From: Octopus vulgaris
Lineage: Eukaryota
Assembly (NCBI GenBank): GCA_951406725.2
Contig: OX597822.1
Location: forward strand, 46,066,001-46,130,000
Direction of reading: 5' to 3'
DNA length: 64,000 nucleotides
This document shows, piece after piece, positions 41,357-55,478 of this stretch. The position numbers and the translations under genes were made by a program. The notes beneath the pieces were generated by a model. The model did not search any database, was not told the DNA's origin, and worked only from the letters and a program-made list of their open reading frames with translations. Numbering within the stretch: the stretch's first letter is position 1; the number at the start of each line of letters is the position of its first letter.

Positions 41357-41360
<4 letters not shown>
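40900..41360 (+). mobile_element. Probable Penelope-like 3' remnant
   Basis: A pyrimidine-rich stretch precedes cagaagaaggactctgtctgaaagctt (41244-41270, hammerhead-like). The remnant ends at a (TA)n tract. Confidence 0.4.
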
Positions 41361-41410
<50 letters not shown>

Positions 41411-42611
41411 TGTGCACACACACCAACACACAACAAATTTCTTTCAGATTCTGTCTACTAAATCCACTCAAAGGGATTTTAGTTAGCATAGGGCTACAGT
41501 AGAGGAAAGGTGCTGTTCAGCAGGAATGAACTAGAAACCATACGATTAGGAGGCAAACTTTTCAACCACACAAGCCTCCCTGTGCTTATATACATACATG
41601 CATACATCGTGGCACTCCGTCGGTTCTGATGACAAGGCTTCCAGTTGATCCGATCAACGGAACAGCCTGCTGGCGAGATTAACGTGCAAGTGGCTGAGCA
41701 CTCCTCAAACACATGTACCCTTAAAGTAGTTCTCAGGGAGATTCAGCGTGACACAGAGTGTGACAAGGCTGGCCTCTTTGAAATACAGGTACAACAAAAA
41801 CAGGAAGAAAGAGTGTGAGAAAGTTGTGGTGAAAGAGTACAGTAGGGTTCACTACCACCCCCAGCCAGAGCCTGGTGGAGTTTTAAGTATTTTCACTCAA
41901 TAAACACTCACAATGCCCAGTCTGGGAATCGAAACCACGATCCTACAATTGCAAGCCTACTGCCCTAACCACTGGGCCATTGCACTTTCACCATGCATGC
42001 ATATAAATATATACACACCAGACACCCACCCAAACCCACACATATGTTGATGAGGAATGGTAGAACTAGTGTGTTGAATGCTTAACAGAAATACCAGGGT
42101 TGACATTGTCTGAGACTGTCTTGATGAGAGTGCTATAGCATGGCCACGTTCCAATAACTGATGCCGTCAATAGAATATACAAAGCCCTGTGGCTGTTTCA
42201 TCAGAGACATCAGAAGAAAGCTCAATATTTTAAAGCACAAGATCAACAACAACAACATCAAGCACAAGACATAGCGATAGAGAGAAGCAGAGAGCTTCAA
42301 GAAGAACAAATAAATAAATAAATGATTCCAGGCTGACTGCTGAAGAGTCTGAGAGTCAGTTTTACAGAGTGAGGCTATGAGGCAAGCTTCAAATGATGTG
42401 TACATCAATCAGATGGATATCACACATCTTATTATTATCTACACCAGCAGCAGATGAGATGAGGACGTCGAGATATTAACAGATTATGTGTGTGTGTATG
42501 CATATATGACCGTGTGGAGTGTGTGTGTATGTATGCATATATGACTGTGTGGTGTGTGTGTGTGTGTGGGGTGTATATGCATCTGCATTGATACATGTGT
42601 GTATATGCAAG

Positions 42612-42649
<38 letters not shown>

Positions 42650-43235
42650 CTAAAAGCAATATAATAATGTAATAATTTTGAGGTCAGGAGGAAGGTGTGT
42701 GCAGCAGATGATAAAGATGGTGGAGGCAGGGACCATGTTAATAATAGTGGTGGAGGGGGTAGGAGCAGGAGTGATAATGGTGACTGTGCTAGCAGCAGTA
42801 GCAGTGATGGTGGTGGTGATGGTAGAACCCCCCCACCCGCCGCAGTAACGGCAGCGATGGTTAGAAATTTTGTGACCAGTAAGCAGGAACCAAATGATTT
42901 GGAGAGAGTGGGCGAGGGATGATGGGGGGATAGATAGATTAAAAAGAAGGTAATGAATAAAAAAAAAAAGAAAATGTTATTGTAATTGCCCAGTGTTTTG
43001 TTGTTTTGTCATTGTTGAACAAAAACAAACGGAAAAATCTAGAGACTCAGGTATTGTAGAACAGATAACAAATGATAACAATCTGGTCTGGGAGATATTT
43101 TTGAAACTTTGCTAACCATTAAATACAATTTAATATGCATACAAATGTAATGGATGATACTGTACAGGATTTAGTGAACTCAAAGGGCGGGGGGAGGGGA
43201 GGGAAGGACATATTACATAATATATATATATACTG

Positions 43236-43269
<34 letters not shown>

Positions 43270-43323
43270 TGCATACATAGACACACAGATAAATAGACGG
43301 ATGTATGTACACATACTCCATCA

Positions 43324-43360
<37 letters not shown>

Positions 43361-43450
43361 GACACACACACTTACACACACATACACACATATATATATA
43401 CATACACATATATACACATACACACACTTATACACATACATATACATACA

Positions 43451-43498
<48 letters not shown>

Positions 43499-44223
43499 TA
43501 GATGGGTGCATGTGTATGTATAAATGCACACATACATATATACACATATGCTAATAGGTGTAACCACATGTCAGTGAGCATGTTCATACAACAACAACAC
43601 AAGATAACACATCTCATATTTACTTTCACACACACACACAGAATACTATTTCGGTTAACAATTAAAATAGCGACATGTTGTTTATTGCGTGTGTTTAAAA
43701 GCTAAAACGGCGGCCGATCTGAGAGTTAATTCAGACGAGAAGAGTGAGGAGAAGAGAGGAGGAGTGGGGGGTAAATGGCATTACAATTTCCATATGAAAG
43801 AAAAGTGAAAGAATTCACAAGCCACCTAAGCATTTGTACAAGAGAGCTAAGAAGAGACGGCAAGAGAGGTGGTGGGTGGGGGGCGGCAGCAGCGGGGGGG
43901 GGGGAGGAGGAGGAGAAGGAGGAGGTGGAAAATTTGATGTTTGCAGTGATGGTGTAATGAAAACTATGGAAATTTACCGGGAACCAATAAATCCAAATCA
44001 ATAAGACGCATTATCACTTTACAGGTTACCAACAGCAAAAACATGGAGTGCATGTTGGGAAATAGCATCCATCAATTTCATAGACTATTTAACCAATGGA
44101 GTGAACCTTCGTCAGATGTTCATTCTGTCTTTGAGAATAACTCATCAAGATGTGCAGGAAAGAGAATGGAAAAAACAGCCACTGATAGCTAATCTCTTAA
44201 CCATATTCTATTAAGTCACAAAT

Positions 44224-44264
<41 letters not shown>

Positions 44265-44514
44265 ATAATAATAATAATAATGTTGTTGTTGTCATCATCA
44301 TCATCATCCTTGTCAAGAGTTGTTCTTGGTTGGCAATTCCAAGATGATGGCTTAGGAAGTTATTTGAAATTAAAAAAATTAATTTTAAAACGAGCTTGAC
44401 AATTGCACACATGTTTAACAAATTATCTATTCTGCCATGTATGAAGAGGAAGTGAAATGTGAAGTAAATACTTAAATAAATAACTAATAATAACAATAAC
44501 AACAACAATAATTT

Positions 44515-45785
44515 CAACTATAGGCACAAGGCTTGAAATTTTGGGGAAAGGAGCTAGTCAGTAACACATCAACCCCAGTGCTCAACTGGTACTTAATTTA
44601 TTGACCCCAAAACAATGAAAGGTGAAGTCAACCATGGTGGAATTCAAACTCAGAACAAGAAGCTACAGGAGATGCTCAAAACTCTGTCAGTTCACCACCT
44701 TAACGATGATAATGATGATGATTGTTTTGAAATTTAATAGATCATGGTCAACAATTTCATGAGAAGGCAGTCAATTTATTACACTGACCCCCAGCACTTG
44801 ACTGGTACCCACAGTACACATTGTATATAGGGCACTTCCAATATAGTAAAAAAAAAACCACCAAAGCAAACACACAGGGCTACACTAAGTAGTACAGTGA
44901 AAACACTCAAGGGAAAAGAGATTACTGAATAATGATAATAATAATGACGATGATGATGATGATGATAATTCTTTCTACTGGAAGCACAAGGCCTTGAATT
45001 TGGGGGAAGTGATTAAGTCAATTACATCGACTCCAGTGCATAACTGGTACTTAATTTAATGACCCCGAAAGGATGAAAGGCAAAGCTAACCCCAGCAGAA
45101 TTTCAACTTAGAATGTAGCAATGGGTGAAATATCACTAAGAATTTCGTCCAGTGTGCTAACAATTCTGCCAGTTCACTGCCTTAAATAATAATCCTTTCT
45201 ACTATAGGCACAAGGCCTGAAATTTGGGGGGAGGGAATTAGTCGATTACATTGACCCCGGTGTTTCACTGGTACTTAATTCATCGACCCCAAAAGATGAA
45301 AGGCAAAGTTGACCCTTAGTGGAATTTGAACTCAGAACATAGTGGTAAACGTAATGCTGCTAAGCATTTCACCCAGCGTGCTGATGATTCTGCCAGCTTG
45401 TTGCCATAATAATAACAACAATAATCCTTTCTACTGAAGGCACAAGCCCTTGAAATTTTGGGAGAGGGGACTAATTGATTACATCGACTAGTGTTTCACT
45501 GGTACTTAATTTATCAACCCCAAAAAGATGAAATGTAAAGTCAACCTTGGTGGAATAACAACAACAATCCTTTTTACTATAGACACAAGGTCTGAAATTT
45601 TTGGGGAGGGGACTAGTCAATTACATCGACCCCAGTGTTTCACTGCTACTTAATTCATCGACCCTGAAAGAATGAAAGCAAAGTCGACCATGGCAGAATT
45701 TGAACTCATAACGTAGCAACGGGCGAAATACCACTAAGCATTTTGTTCAGCATGCTAACAATTCTGCCAGCTCACCACCTTAATA
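44515..45785 (-). mobile_element. Array of ~6 co-oriented family B (Meta-like) SINE copies separated by (AAT/AAC/GAT)n
   Basis: Repeated ggcacaaggcctgaaattt...gaccccagtg...ctggtacttaatt...gatgaaaggcaaagtc...tctgccagc units at ~44515, 44725 (partial), 44968, 45192, 45422 (truncated) and 45567. Confidence 0.85.
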
Positions 45786-48700
45786 ATAATAATAATAATA
45801 ATAACAATAGTAATAATAATAATAATCATGATTTCTTTTATTGGCTACAAGGGCCCAAGACATGGAGGACAATATCAAAGGACGAGTTACAGTACAAAAA
45901 TAAATTACAAAAACATGTGGGGTTAACATAATCAAGGGAGATACTACCACATTAAAAGATATAACAGAGGATATATAATAGAAAGTAGAGAAATAAATAA
46001 ATAATAAACCAAATCCCCAATAGCTTGGCAGTCTACACAATAGTCCTGGCTTATTCTGCCATCTCCAAGACATGGGAAAGAATAATAATAAATTCGAGTA
46101 GTAAAACCAGAGCAGAGGGAATTTCTTAGGTTCAAACTCTCTGAGTGAGGAGGTCTTTACTTTTTTGATGAAATAGTCAGAATTTGTTTCTGGTCATCTT
46201 GTTCCATTTTAAGGGGTGGGGTGGAGAGGAGAGAATAACTGATAGGCTGTCACATCTTGTCATCTCAAGAACTTTCATCTCAGGATATCATATTTTGTTG
46301 ATGCCACTTTTATCCAATGATAAAGGAGTTAAAGAATAAACACAATTGATTTTACATTTTATCAGGTCCAGGATTGATAAAACATGCTCAGATTAATTCA
46401 TTCAATTTTACATCTCCAATACAGAAACTGACTTTGAGGTGATGATGAGAAAAATCACCGTTGTAAGACATTGATTAATTAGTTCATTAATCACCCATTA
46501 ATTTAATTAAGCACATCATCATCATCATCATCGTCATTTAATGACCATTTTCCATACTGCCACAGGTTGGATAGCTTGACAGGAGCTGGTGAGCCTGAGG
46601 ACCACATCAAACACCACTGTCTGCTTTGGCATGATTTCCACAGCTGGATGCCCTTCATAACACTAACATTATAGAATGTAGAGGGTGTTTTTTATGTGGC
46701 CTTGGGATCAATGAGGGCACCAAGCAACTTACAGGACTAGACCCTTCAATTCAGGGTGGATGGATAGTACTGAGGGAGGTGGATTTCAAACAGGTGATGA
46801 GAGGTCAAAGTATGATAGAGAGACAGAAGCAAGTATTTTGTTGCAGCAGAGGTACGTGGTTACTCTATGATAAATATTTCAAGGAGGCAATAATTTGAGA
46901 GTATTCCTCTCTGATCCAACTCCACATTCTAAGGTGACTGCCATAACTGAACAACTTCTGGCACACTTAGCATCATCTTGTGGCACACCAGGGTGCCACA
47001 GCATACCGGCTGTGGACCACTGTTCTAGTGTATGAAGTGTGCATAAGAAATAAATGTTTGCTTCTTCATTTTAATCCTTGCTATTTCATGTGCTTATACT
47101 GTGTGTGTGTGTGAGAGAGAGAGAGAGTGTGTGTGTGTGTGTGTGTGGAGAGAGAGACAGAGACAGAGTAAGAACAACTGTTAGATTGTCAACATTCATT
47201 CATAAAGGCTTACAAATTTTCACGCTAAAGTCACTCACAAAGGATTGGCTGGCCTGCAGATTTAGCAAATGACACCTGCCCTAAGTGCAGCATGATGGGA
47301 CTGAACCTGAAGATATGTGGTTAAAAGACAAACTTCTTAACCACACAGCCATGCCTGCACCTATTAACTTAACCGGCACCCCAGTTTACAACGATGAGGG
47401 TTCCAGTTGATCTGATCAACAAAAGAGCTTGCTTGTGAAATTAACTTGCAAGCGGCCAAGCACTCCACAAATAAGCATCTAAAGGAGATTCACCATGACA
47501 CAGAATAAATATACTAAGGCTGGCCCTTTGAAATGCAGGTCTAACTCATTTTTGCCAGCTGAATGAACTGGAGCAATGTGAAATGAAGTGTCTTGCTCAA
47601 GGACACAATTGTGCTACTGGGAAATGAACTCATACACTCACAATTGTGAGTTGAATACCCTAACCACTAAACCACATGCCTTCACTGCTTGCACCCATTA
47701 TTATTTAAAGAAATACAATAATAACTATCATTGATATTTCCTTGCTGTTGAGGCTGTGCCCAAGGTTTCTGAAACACTGCAAACATTTGCAAGTGAGTTT
47801 GATCAAAGAATTACCAGTTCTATGCACACTTTGCTTGGACTTCAAAAACTCCCATATCAAACGCACAACTATATATAGCAATGATGATGATGATGAGAAA
47901 TCTGTTTAAATCTAGAGAGATGCCAGTGCTGAAGTTTATCATGGTGTACTTTGATGCCTCCACACAGTGACTGAGGGGACGATGACAGGGCCATTTTCAA
48001 GAATTAAAACACTTGGAAGAATCTGAATTCAGAATGCAAAGAGATGGAGCAGATATTATAAGACATTCTGCCCGGTCTACTAACAATACTGCAAATCTAC
48101 AACCCTAGAATGGTACATTATTCACTGACTCCCAAAAAGATGATGGTAAAAGTTGACAAGAAAATTGCAAAAAAGAGCAGAAAAATTTCCCTAAAATCAC
48201 ACACCACATGACTTGAACACAGAAGGACACTTTCAACAATGTAATTCTACAACACTATGTTTGAATAAAAGGTGAGTTAGTCACGGCTGAAATTACTTTG
48301 ATCATAGATCAACCTGATTAGAGATGTCTCGGGGATATAAACAATGATTATGACACAAATAACACAATAAAAACGAAACACAAATATAGAAATAAAATAG
48401 AGATAAATTAATAAAACAAAAAATTCTAAACCGAAAGAGAATCGTAATATTGGTAAGCAAAACACAGATTTGTGGAAGCTGTTGTTGTTATGATGATGAT
48501 GCTGGATTGTGATTGTAATGGATATGGTGGTGGTGGTGATGGATTTGATATTGGAGGTGATGGTGGTGGTGGTGGTGGTGGTAGTGGATATTGTATTATA
48601 TTGATGCTGGTTGTAGAGATGATGTTGGCAATGGAATCATTGATGGTAAAAATCGAGGCTGTGGTGATGGTGGTGATAGGGGTGGTGGATATAGTATTGG

Positions 48701-51040
48701 TGGTTATGATGATGATGACGACAATGGTGATGATGGCGGCAGTGGTGTTACTGATCACAGCACCAATGACTATGATGGTGGCGGTGATGCTGGTGATGAA
48801 GGACACAAGCAATGTTGTAAGAGATAAGATACGACAATGGTGACGGTGATGACGACGGCGATGATGATGATGATGATGCGGATGAGGATGATGAGGAGGG
48901 AGGAGGATAAGAAGAAGAGATGACAGTAAACTACACAATAGGATAAATACAGCGGAAGATGACAGAGACAAGAGGAGGTAGAATATATGTGGAAATATTT
49001 TTAGACAATTCCACTAACATAGATAACAACAACACTTTGTTTTATCAGCTCACATCTTTAGCACTTTCTCAAGAGACCTACTACTACCACTGCTACATAC
49101 TGAGAGTGTGTGTGTATGTGTGTGTGGATATGCATGTGTGTTTAAGAGTGTGTATATATTTGTGTGTGTTTATTCTGTGTATACTTATGTTTTGTATGAC
49201 TGTATGTATTGTATATATATATGTATGTGTGCATAATAATACAATAGATTATATGGCAGACCATAACTTGTTGTTAAGCTCCAGGTCAGAGCTAATCAAA
49301 CAGGCCTATAAGCAAAGGTATTCCATTTGTGACCTCTGTCTTTTTAAGGGCATGCAGGACTACATTACACAAAGTGTCCCCCTTTTTATTTGATAACAAT
49401 AAGGTTTGGTAAGGTGGTAAGCTGGAAGAACCATTACCTTACCAGCTAAAAAATGCTCAGTGGTATTTCTTCCAACTTCACATTCTGAGAGCAAATGCCA
49501 CAGGAGTTGACTTTGCCTTTCATTCTTTCGGGGGTGGCAAAAAAAAGGACCAGCTGGACACAGGGTTAATGGAATTGATTTGCACCATCCCTTGTAATTG
49601 CTGGCCTTGCACCAAAATTTGAAACCAATATAAGGTGTATTTTGAGGAGATTTGGCTGCCATTTCTAGCAACTAATCCAATAACAGTTGGTTTGACTATA
49701 ACTAGTGCAATATACACGAGTTTTACTTGCTTACACAATTGCCACTAGGATGGACAAGTGGATAGGAGGGTTTGCTGGACAAACACGTTTTTGGTTCAGT
49801 TTCAGCCCTATACCCTGTGAAATGGCATTATATTGTGTCTGCTCTCTCTCTCATAATGGCCCACTCCATTATCATCATAATCATCATTGTTATCATCATC
49901 ACCACCATTTAATATCTGCTTTCCATGCTAGCATGAGTTGGACAGTTTGACAGGATTCAATAAGCCAGAGGTCTGCACTTAGCACCAATGTCTGCTTCAG
50001 CATGGCCTCTACAAATGGATGACCTCTCTAATGCTGGCCACTTTACAAAGTATATTGATGCTTTTTCATGGTACCACTGCCAGTGAGGACACTGAATAAC
50101 ATCATCATCATCATTTAACATCTGTTGTCCATGAAAAGTAAAATTGGCATCAGTAGGGTTTGAACTTAGAGCCTACTGTACCAGAGCAAATACTAAGAGG
50201 CATTCTGTCAGATGCTCTCACAACTCAACCAATTCACTCAGCCCAATGTGTTTTAGTTTGCAGCTGGGATTTATGGTATCCCTTCTCATTGCAGAGAATT
50301 TTACCACAGAAAGATGCAAATGTTTCAAATATTTGGGCCCCAACCATTTTACAGATGAAGATTGCTTTAATTTCTTAAAGAAAAGTTTGGTTGTTGTTGT
50401 TGGTAGTGGTGGTGGTGTTAGTAAAATTCAGGTTAGTTTTGACTGGGTGAAGGTAAGTGGCTTAGTGATGAGGGTATTTGGCTTACAATCATAAGGCCAC
50501 GAGTTCAACACCTGGCAGTGTGTTGTGTCTTTGAGGAAGACACTTTATTTCATGTTTCTTCGGTCCACTCAGCTGGCAAAAGCCTTGTCACATTCTGTGT
50601 CACACTAAATCTCCCTGAGAACTATGTTAAGGGCATGTGTGTCTGTGGAGTGCTCAGCCACTTGCACATTAATTTCACAAGCTGATTTTGTTCCGGTGAT
50701 CAGATCAGCTGGAACACTCGTCGTCATAACCGATGGAGTGCCACTTCAGCCAATTAGTTCTGACCAAGCAGATTTACAATTAACCCTTTAGCATTTAAGC
50801 CAGCCACCTCCATCCCAAATTCTCACGTGGTTTTATGTTCAAACTGGCCAGATCTGACCTACCACACCCATCCTACAATTTCATTTTAAAAAGTTACAAG
50901 ACAATTCACGGTTAATTCAAAATAATGTGAATAAATAAGCATTACCTTTGACAGAATAATTTGAAAGCTAAATGGTTAAAGGTATTTTCAACCATCTTTC
51001 CCATCTTGTTTTCAGATACAGTGTATCTAGGTTTCCTGCT

Positions 51041-51403
51041 TCTAAAGAGGTAGATTTGGCTGCTATTTCTGGCAAGCTCAGTGACTACTTAGCGACTTCT
51101 TCATTTGCAGCTAGGTTAAACTCATTATTTAATATGTGTTTCATCTAAAGAGGTAGATTTGGCTACTATTTCTGGCAAGCTCAGTGACTACTTAGCGACT
51201 TCTTCATTGGCAGCTAGGTTAAACTCATTATTTAATATGTGCTTCATCTAAAGAGGTAGACTTGGCTGCTATTTCTGGCAAGCTCACTGACTACTTAGTG
51301 ACTTCTTCATTGACAGCTAGATTAAACTCAATATTTAATATGTGCTTTTTCTAAAGAGGTAGATTTGGCTGCTATTTCTCACAGGCTCAGCAACTGCTTA
51401 AAA
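51041..51403. repeat. 103-bp tandem repeat (~3.5 units; the fourth is interrupted by the hAT MITE)
   Basis: tctaaagaggtagatttggctgctatttct starts at 51041, 51144, 51247 and 51350. A diverged continuation follows at ~51890-51930. Confidence 0.9.
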
Positions 51404-51889
51404 CAGTGGTTCTCAACCATTTTTTACCTGTGGAACCCTTTGATTCCTATTTTACTCTGGTGGATGCTTACAGCTGTTTGATGTTTTAAAAAAAAATACC
51501 CATTATACTTTCATTATTAAATATTATTAAGGCGGCGAGCTGGCAGAAACATTAGCACACCAGGCGAAATGCTTAGCGGTATTTCGTCTGTCTTTACGTT
51601 CCGAGTTCGATTTCCGCCAAGGTTGACTTTGCCTTTCATCCTTTCGGGGTCGATAAATTAAGTACCAGTTGCATACTGGAGTCGATCTAATTGACTGGAC
51701 CCCTCCCCCAAAATTTCAGGCCTTGTGCCTAGAGCAGAAAAGATTATTAAATATTATTAGGAATTGTATTTAAAAATTAAGATATTTTATGTATTGTAGA
51801 AATATAACCAATATGTTATGCAAAATTTTTAACAAAATAATCTTACAGGGACCACCAAGGGTCATACAGACCCTAGTTGAGAACCACTG
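51404..51889 (+). mobile_element. hAT-type MITE with nested SINE
   Basis: TIRs cagtggttctcaac / gttgagaaccactg. 8-bp TSD gcttaaaa / gcttaaag. Confidence 0.85.
51530..51742 (+). mobile_element. Meta-domain-like SINE (family B), well conserved, nested in the hAT MITE
   Basis: Head ggcggcgagctggcagaa and core gactttgcctttcatcctttcggggtcgataaattaagtaccag. 17-bp TSD attattaaatattatta at 51513-51529 and 51743-51759. Confidence 0.85.
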
Positions 51890-52717
51890 GCTTAAAGGCT
51901 CCTTCACTGGTGGCTAAATTAAGTTCATAAAGGGTCACACCCTTAGCTATGCAAAATGGTGTACGTGTGTATAGCATGAAGACAAAAGCAGCACAAGAGT
52001 AACATGACTCAGCTGCTATAAATACTGCTACAGGTCAGTCCTCATATTATGTACAACAGGTCAGTGAAATAGCCAGGATATACTCATCGTGTGTGCGTGT
52101 GTGTGTAGAAGCAGTGCTGATGTGGTTGTGTGGTTAAGAAGCTTGTATTGCAGCCATGTGGTTTCAGGTTCAATACCACTGCATGGCACCCTGGGCAAAT
52201 GTTTTCTACTATTCCTCCAGACTGATCAATGCTTTGTGATAGAATTTTGTAGATGGAAATTGTATGGAAACCTGGCATGTGTGTGTGTGTGTGTGTCCAC
52301 ACAATGTAACAGCTGGTGTTGGTTTGTTTCTTTATGTTCCTGTAACCTAGCAGTTCGACAAAAGCGACTGAGAGAATAAGAACCCGATTTCAATAATAAG
52401 TATTGGTGGTGGGGAACGATTTGTTCAACTAAACACTTGCAAGGCAGTGCCCCAGCATGTGCTCGATCCAATGAAGAAAACAAGTAAAGACAAAAAATAT
52501 ATATGTACACACACACATATAATTTAGACAAGAATATTTGATTCTTTTGTTTTTGCATTTCTACTGTTGCCTCTGTTTCCATCATAACATCATTATTTTA
52601 CATCAAATTCTTTGCTAATTCTCTCAAAATATGCAAATGCACACACACACACACACACACACAGCTGCCAAGGATCACCCCATCCCAAAGTGTGTATACA
52701 TGTGGCTGGTGACCATA

Positions 52718-53265
52718 TCATCATCGTCATCATCATTTAACGTCCGTTGTCCATGCTGGCATGGGTTGGACAGTTTGACTGGGTTGGCATGCTGGAAGGC
52801 TGCACCAAACACCAGTCTGATTTGGCATGGTTTTTGACGGCTGGATGCCCTTCCTAACTCCAACCACTCTGAGAGTGTAATGGGTGCTTTTACATGCGAC
52901 CAGCACAGGGGCCATTTGCGTGATACCAGGTTGTGTTTACATGCCAATCTGTGTCACGGCGGTATCTACCATGACTGCAATTTTGCTCGGCTTGATGGGT
53001 CTTCTTCTCAAGCATGACATAATGACAAAGATCTTGATCATTGCCTCCATGAGGCCCAGCACTCAGAAGGAACTCAGCCACTATGCCTTCATGAGGTCTA
53101 ATGCTCGAAAGGAACTCAGCCACTTTGCTTCTGTCAGGCTCAATGCTCAAGAGGAACTCAGTCACTTTGCCTCTATGAGGTGCAATGCTCAAGAGGAACT
53201 CAGCCACTTTGTCTCTGTGAGGCCCAATGGTCAAAAGCTGATTCTTTACATGCCACCAGCACGGA
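52718..53265 (-). mobile_element. Family E variant with five 42-bp tandem units (53041-53240)
   Basis: The unit ttgcctc..tgagg.ccaa.gctc.a.aggaactcagccact recurs at 53041, 53083, 53125, 53167 and 53209 (last partial). A related copy in the opposite orientation is at ~25465-25880. Confidence 0.75.
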
Positions 53266-53304
53266 TGCACATGTGAATTAATATTTTCACTGAAACTCCA
53301 AACG

Positions 53305-53420
53305 TGAACTCAACAGAGAATGACGACCAGGTGTGGTCAGCATTTGTGAGAGATGTGGTGAACATGCTGGTTGGAGGTGGCTCAACCTACCCTGGATAAA
53401 TACCACTACAAATAAGTAAA
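53305..53420 (+). mobile_element. Short LINE (RTE-like) 3' end fragment
   Basis: Q.WSAFVRDVVNML..GGSTYPG* followed by tacaaataagtaa, similar to RTE termini 'WS...RDVVN...GSTRPG*'. Confidence 0.45.
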
Positions 53421-53603
53421 CGAGAGACCAGATCTGACAACGGAACCAGGTTCCAGCAAAGCAGAAGGTGACAAGTGATGGGGTACAGTAGATAGAGGCA
53501 TAAAAGACAAGAGGTAACTCAGGAAGGAACAGAAGAATGGAGGAGAGCAAGAAACAACATCAAGTAGTTAGAAGAGAAGACTGACATCAGGTATATATAG
53601 GGT

Positions 53604-53941
53604 AGAGACCCCCTTTAGTCATGAACGACCATGGGATTGCACCTAGAAAATTCCCCTCCAAGGCACAAGTCTGGACAAGGTTGTTTATGAAAGACCAGCA
53701 GTCGCCATGCATGCCAACCTCTCCTCTCCACATCACCGGTGTTATCCAAAGGAAAGGCAAAGGCTGATACAACTTGGCACCAGTGGTGACATTGCAACTC
53801 ATTTCTACAGTTGAGTGAACTGCAGCAATGTGAAATAAAGTGTCTTGCTCAAGAGCACGACACACAGCCTGATCCAGGAATCGAACTCACTACCTCATGA
53901 TTCTGAGTCCGATACTCTAACCACTGAGCCATGCGCCTTCA
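53604..53941 (-). mobile_element. tRNA-derived CORE-like SINE (head C with a distinct tail)
   Basis: Head gaaggcgcatggctcagtggttagag, B box gagttcgattcc, core ttgagcaagacactttatttcac. Other head-C copies at ~16640, 18040, 20360, 22435, 24560, 30655, 47375, 50447 and 55812. Confidence 0.8.
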
Positions 53942-55074
53942 CTCACACTCACACACATAGCAAGGCTACCACAGGAATCAGTCCTTGTTGTGGTGTTGTG
54001 GCTTGTATGCCTTAATGGCCCTAAGAGCTAAACCAGTGGAGCACAAGCGCCTGGTAAATCCTAGACAGGTCGAAGGACAGAGATTAGACTAATATGGATC
54101 ACTTCTTCCCAGAGGTAAAAATGGGCTTACAAGAGAGCCAATACCCCTATCTTTTATCGTTTTTAATGTTTAACCTGTTTCAGTCTTTAGACTGCAGCCA
54201 TGCTAGGGGATTGCCTTGAAGAATTTTTAGTCAAATAAATCAATCCCAGTACTTTTATTTCTCTTTTTAAACCAAACTTATTTTATCGATCTCTTTTGCC
54301 AAACCACTAAGTTACAAGGACATAAACACACCAATACTGGTTGTCAAAGGGACAAAGACTGACAGACAGATATACATACACACACACACATACAGCAGAT
54401 TTCTTTCGGTTTCCATCTACCAAATCCACTCACAAGGCTTTGGTCAGCCTGAGGTTATAGCAAAAGACCCTTGCCCAAGGTGCTACGCAGTGGGATTGAA
54501 CCAGGAACCATGTGGTTTGGGAGCAAACTTCTTCCCACACAGCCACATCTGTGCCTAGTATGTAGATAACAGCTGTGGACAGGCGTTCACTGAGGCTGAG
54601 AAGAGATTGTAATGCAACAAAAAAAAAAGATTGCTATACAAAGAAAATGCGTAGCAGAAAGAAGGACTGCTCCAAGTAGACACAGGAGAGAGACTAGCTA
54701 TTGAATGCAGAAGACAGAATACAAGAATACCAGGTAGATAAAATATGGCTAATAAATATAGATTGTCACTAAATTAGCACAGACACCAACTCTTTTATTT
54801 GATTCTCATACATTTCATAATAACCTAATTTTGATCTTTCATTACAAAGGAATGAAAATAGTAAAATAAAAAAACAACTTTTTTCAGCTACAGAAACAAA
54901 GAAACAAATTATTATTATTATTATTATTATTATCATCATCATCATTGTTGCTGTTGTTGTCATCATCATCATCATCATCATTACCAAGGTCAACTTTGTC
55001 GTTCATAATTCTGAAGTCAATAAAACTTGAAACAAGTTGATTTAGTTGATAGTTTCCTCGCACAAATAACACAC

Positions 55075-55478
55075 TCTTTACTCTCTCTTTTACTCTTTTA
55101 CTTGTTTCAGTCATTTGACTGTGGCCATGCTGGAGCACCGCCTTTAGTCGAGCAAATCGACCCCAGGACTTAGTCTTTGTAAGCCCAGTACTTATTCTAT
55201 CGGTCTCTTTTGCCGAACCGCAAAGTGACGGGGACATAAACACACCAGCATCGGTTGTCAAGCAATGCCAGGGGGACAAACACACACATACATATATATA
55301 TATACATACATATATACGACAGGCTTCTATCAGTTTCCGTCTACCAAATCCACTCACAAGGCATTGGTCGCCCCGGGGCTATAGCAGAAGACACTGGCCC
55401 AAGATACCACGCAGTGGGACTGAACCCGGAACCATGTGGTTGGTTAGCAAGCTACTTACCACACAGCCACTCCTGCGG
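55075..55478 (-). mobile_element. tRNA-derived SINE family A (full-length, well conserved)
   Basis: Minus-strand head gcaggagtggctgtgtggtaagtagcttgc with B box gggttcagtccc, CORE-like cttggg..agtgtcttct, an internal (TA/TG)n tract and tail gactgaaacaagtaaaagag. Confidence 0.85.

Noticed and set aside
52884-53276. 130-aa ORF with 14-aa repeats (ELSHFASMR..AQ)
   Set aside because: Translation of the 42-bp tandem module of a retroposon; open on both strands.
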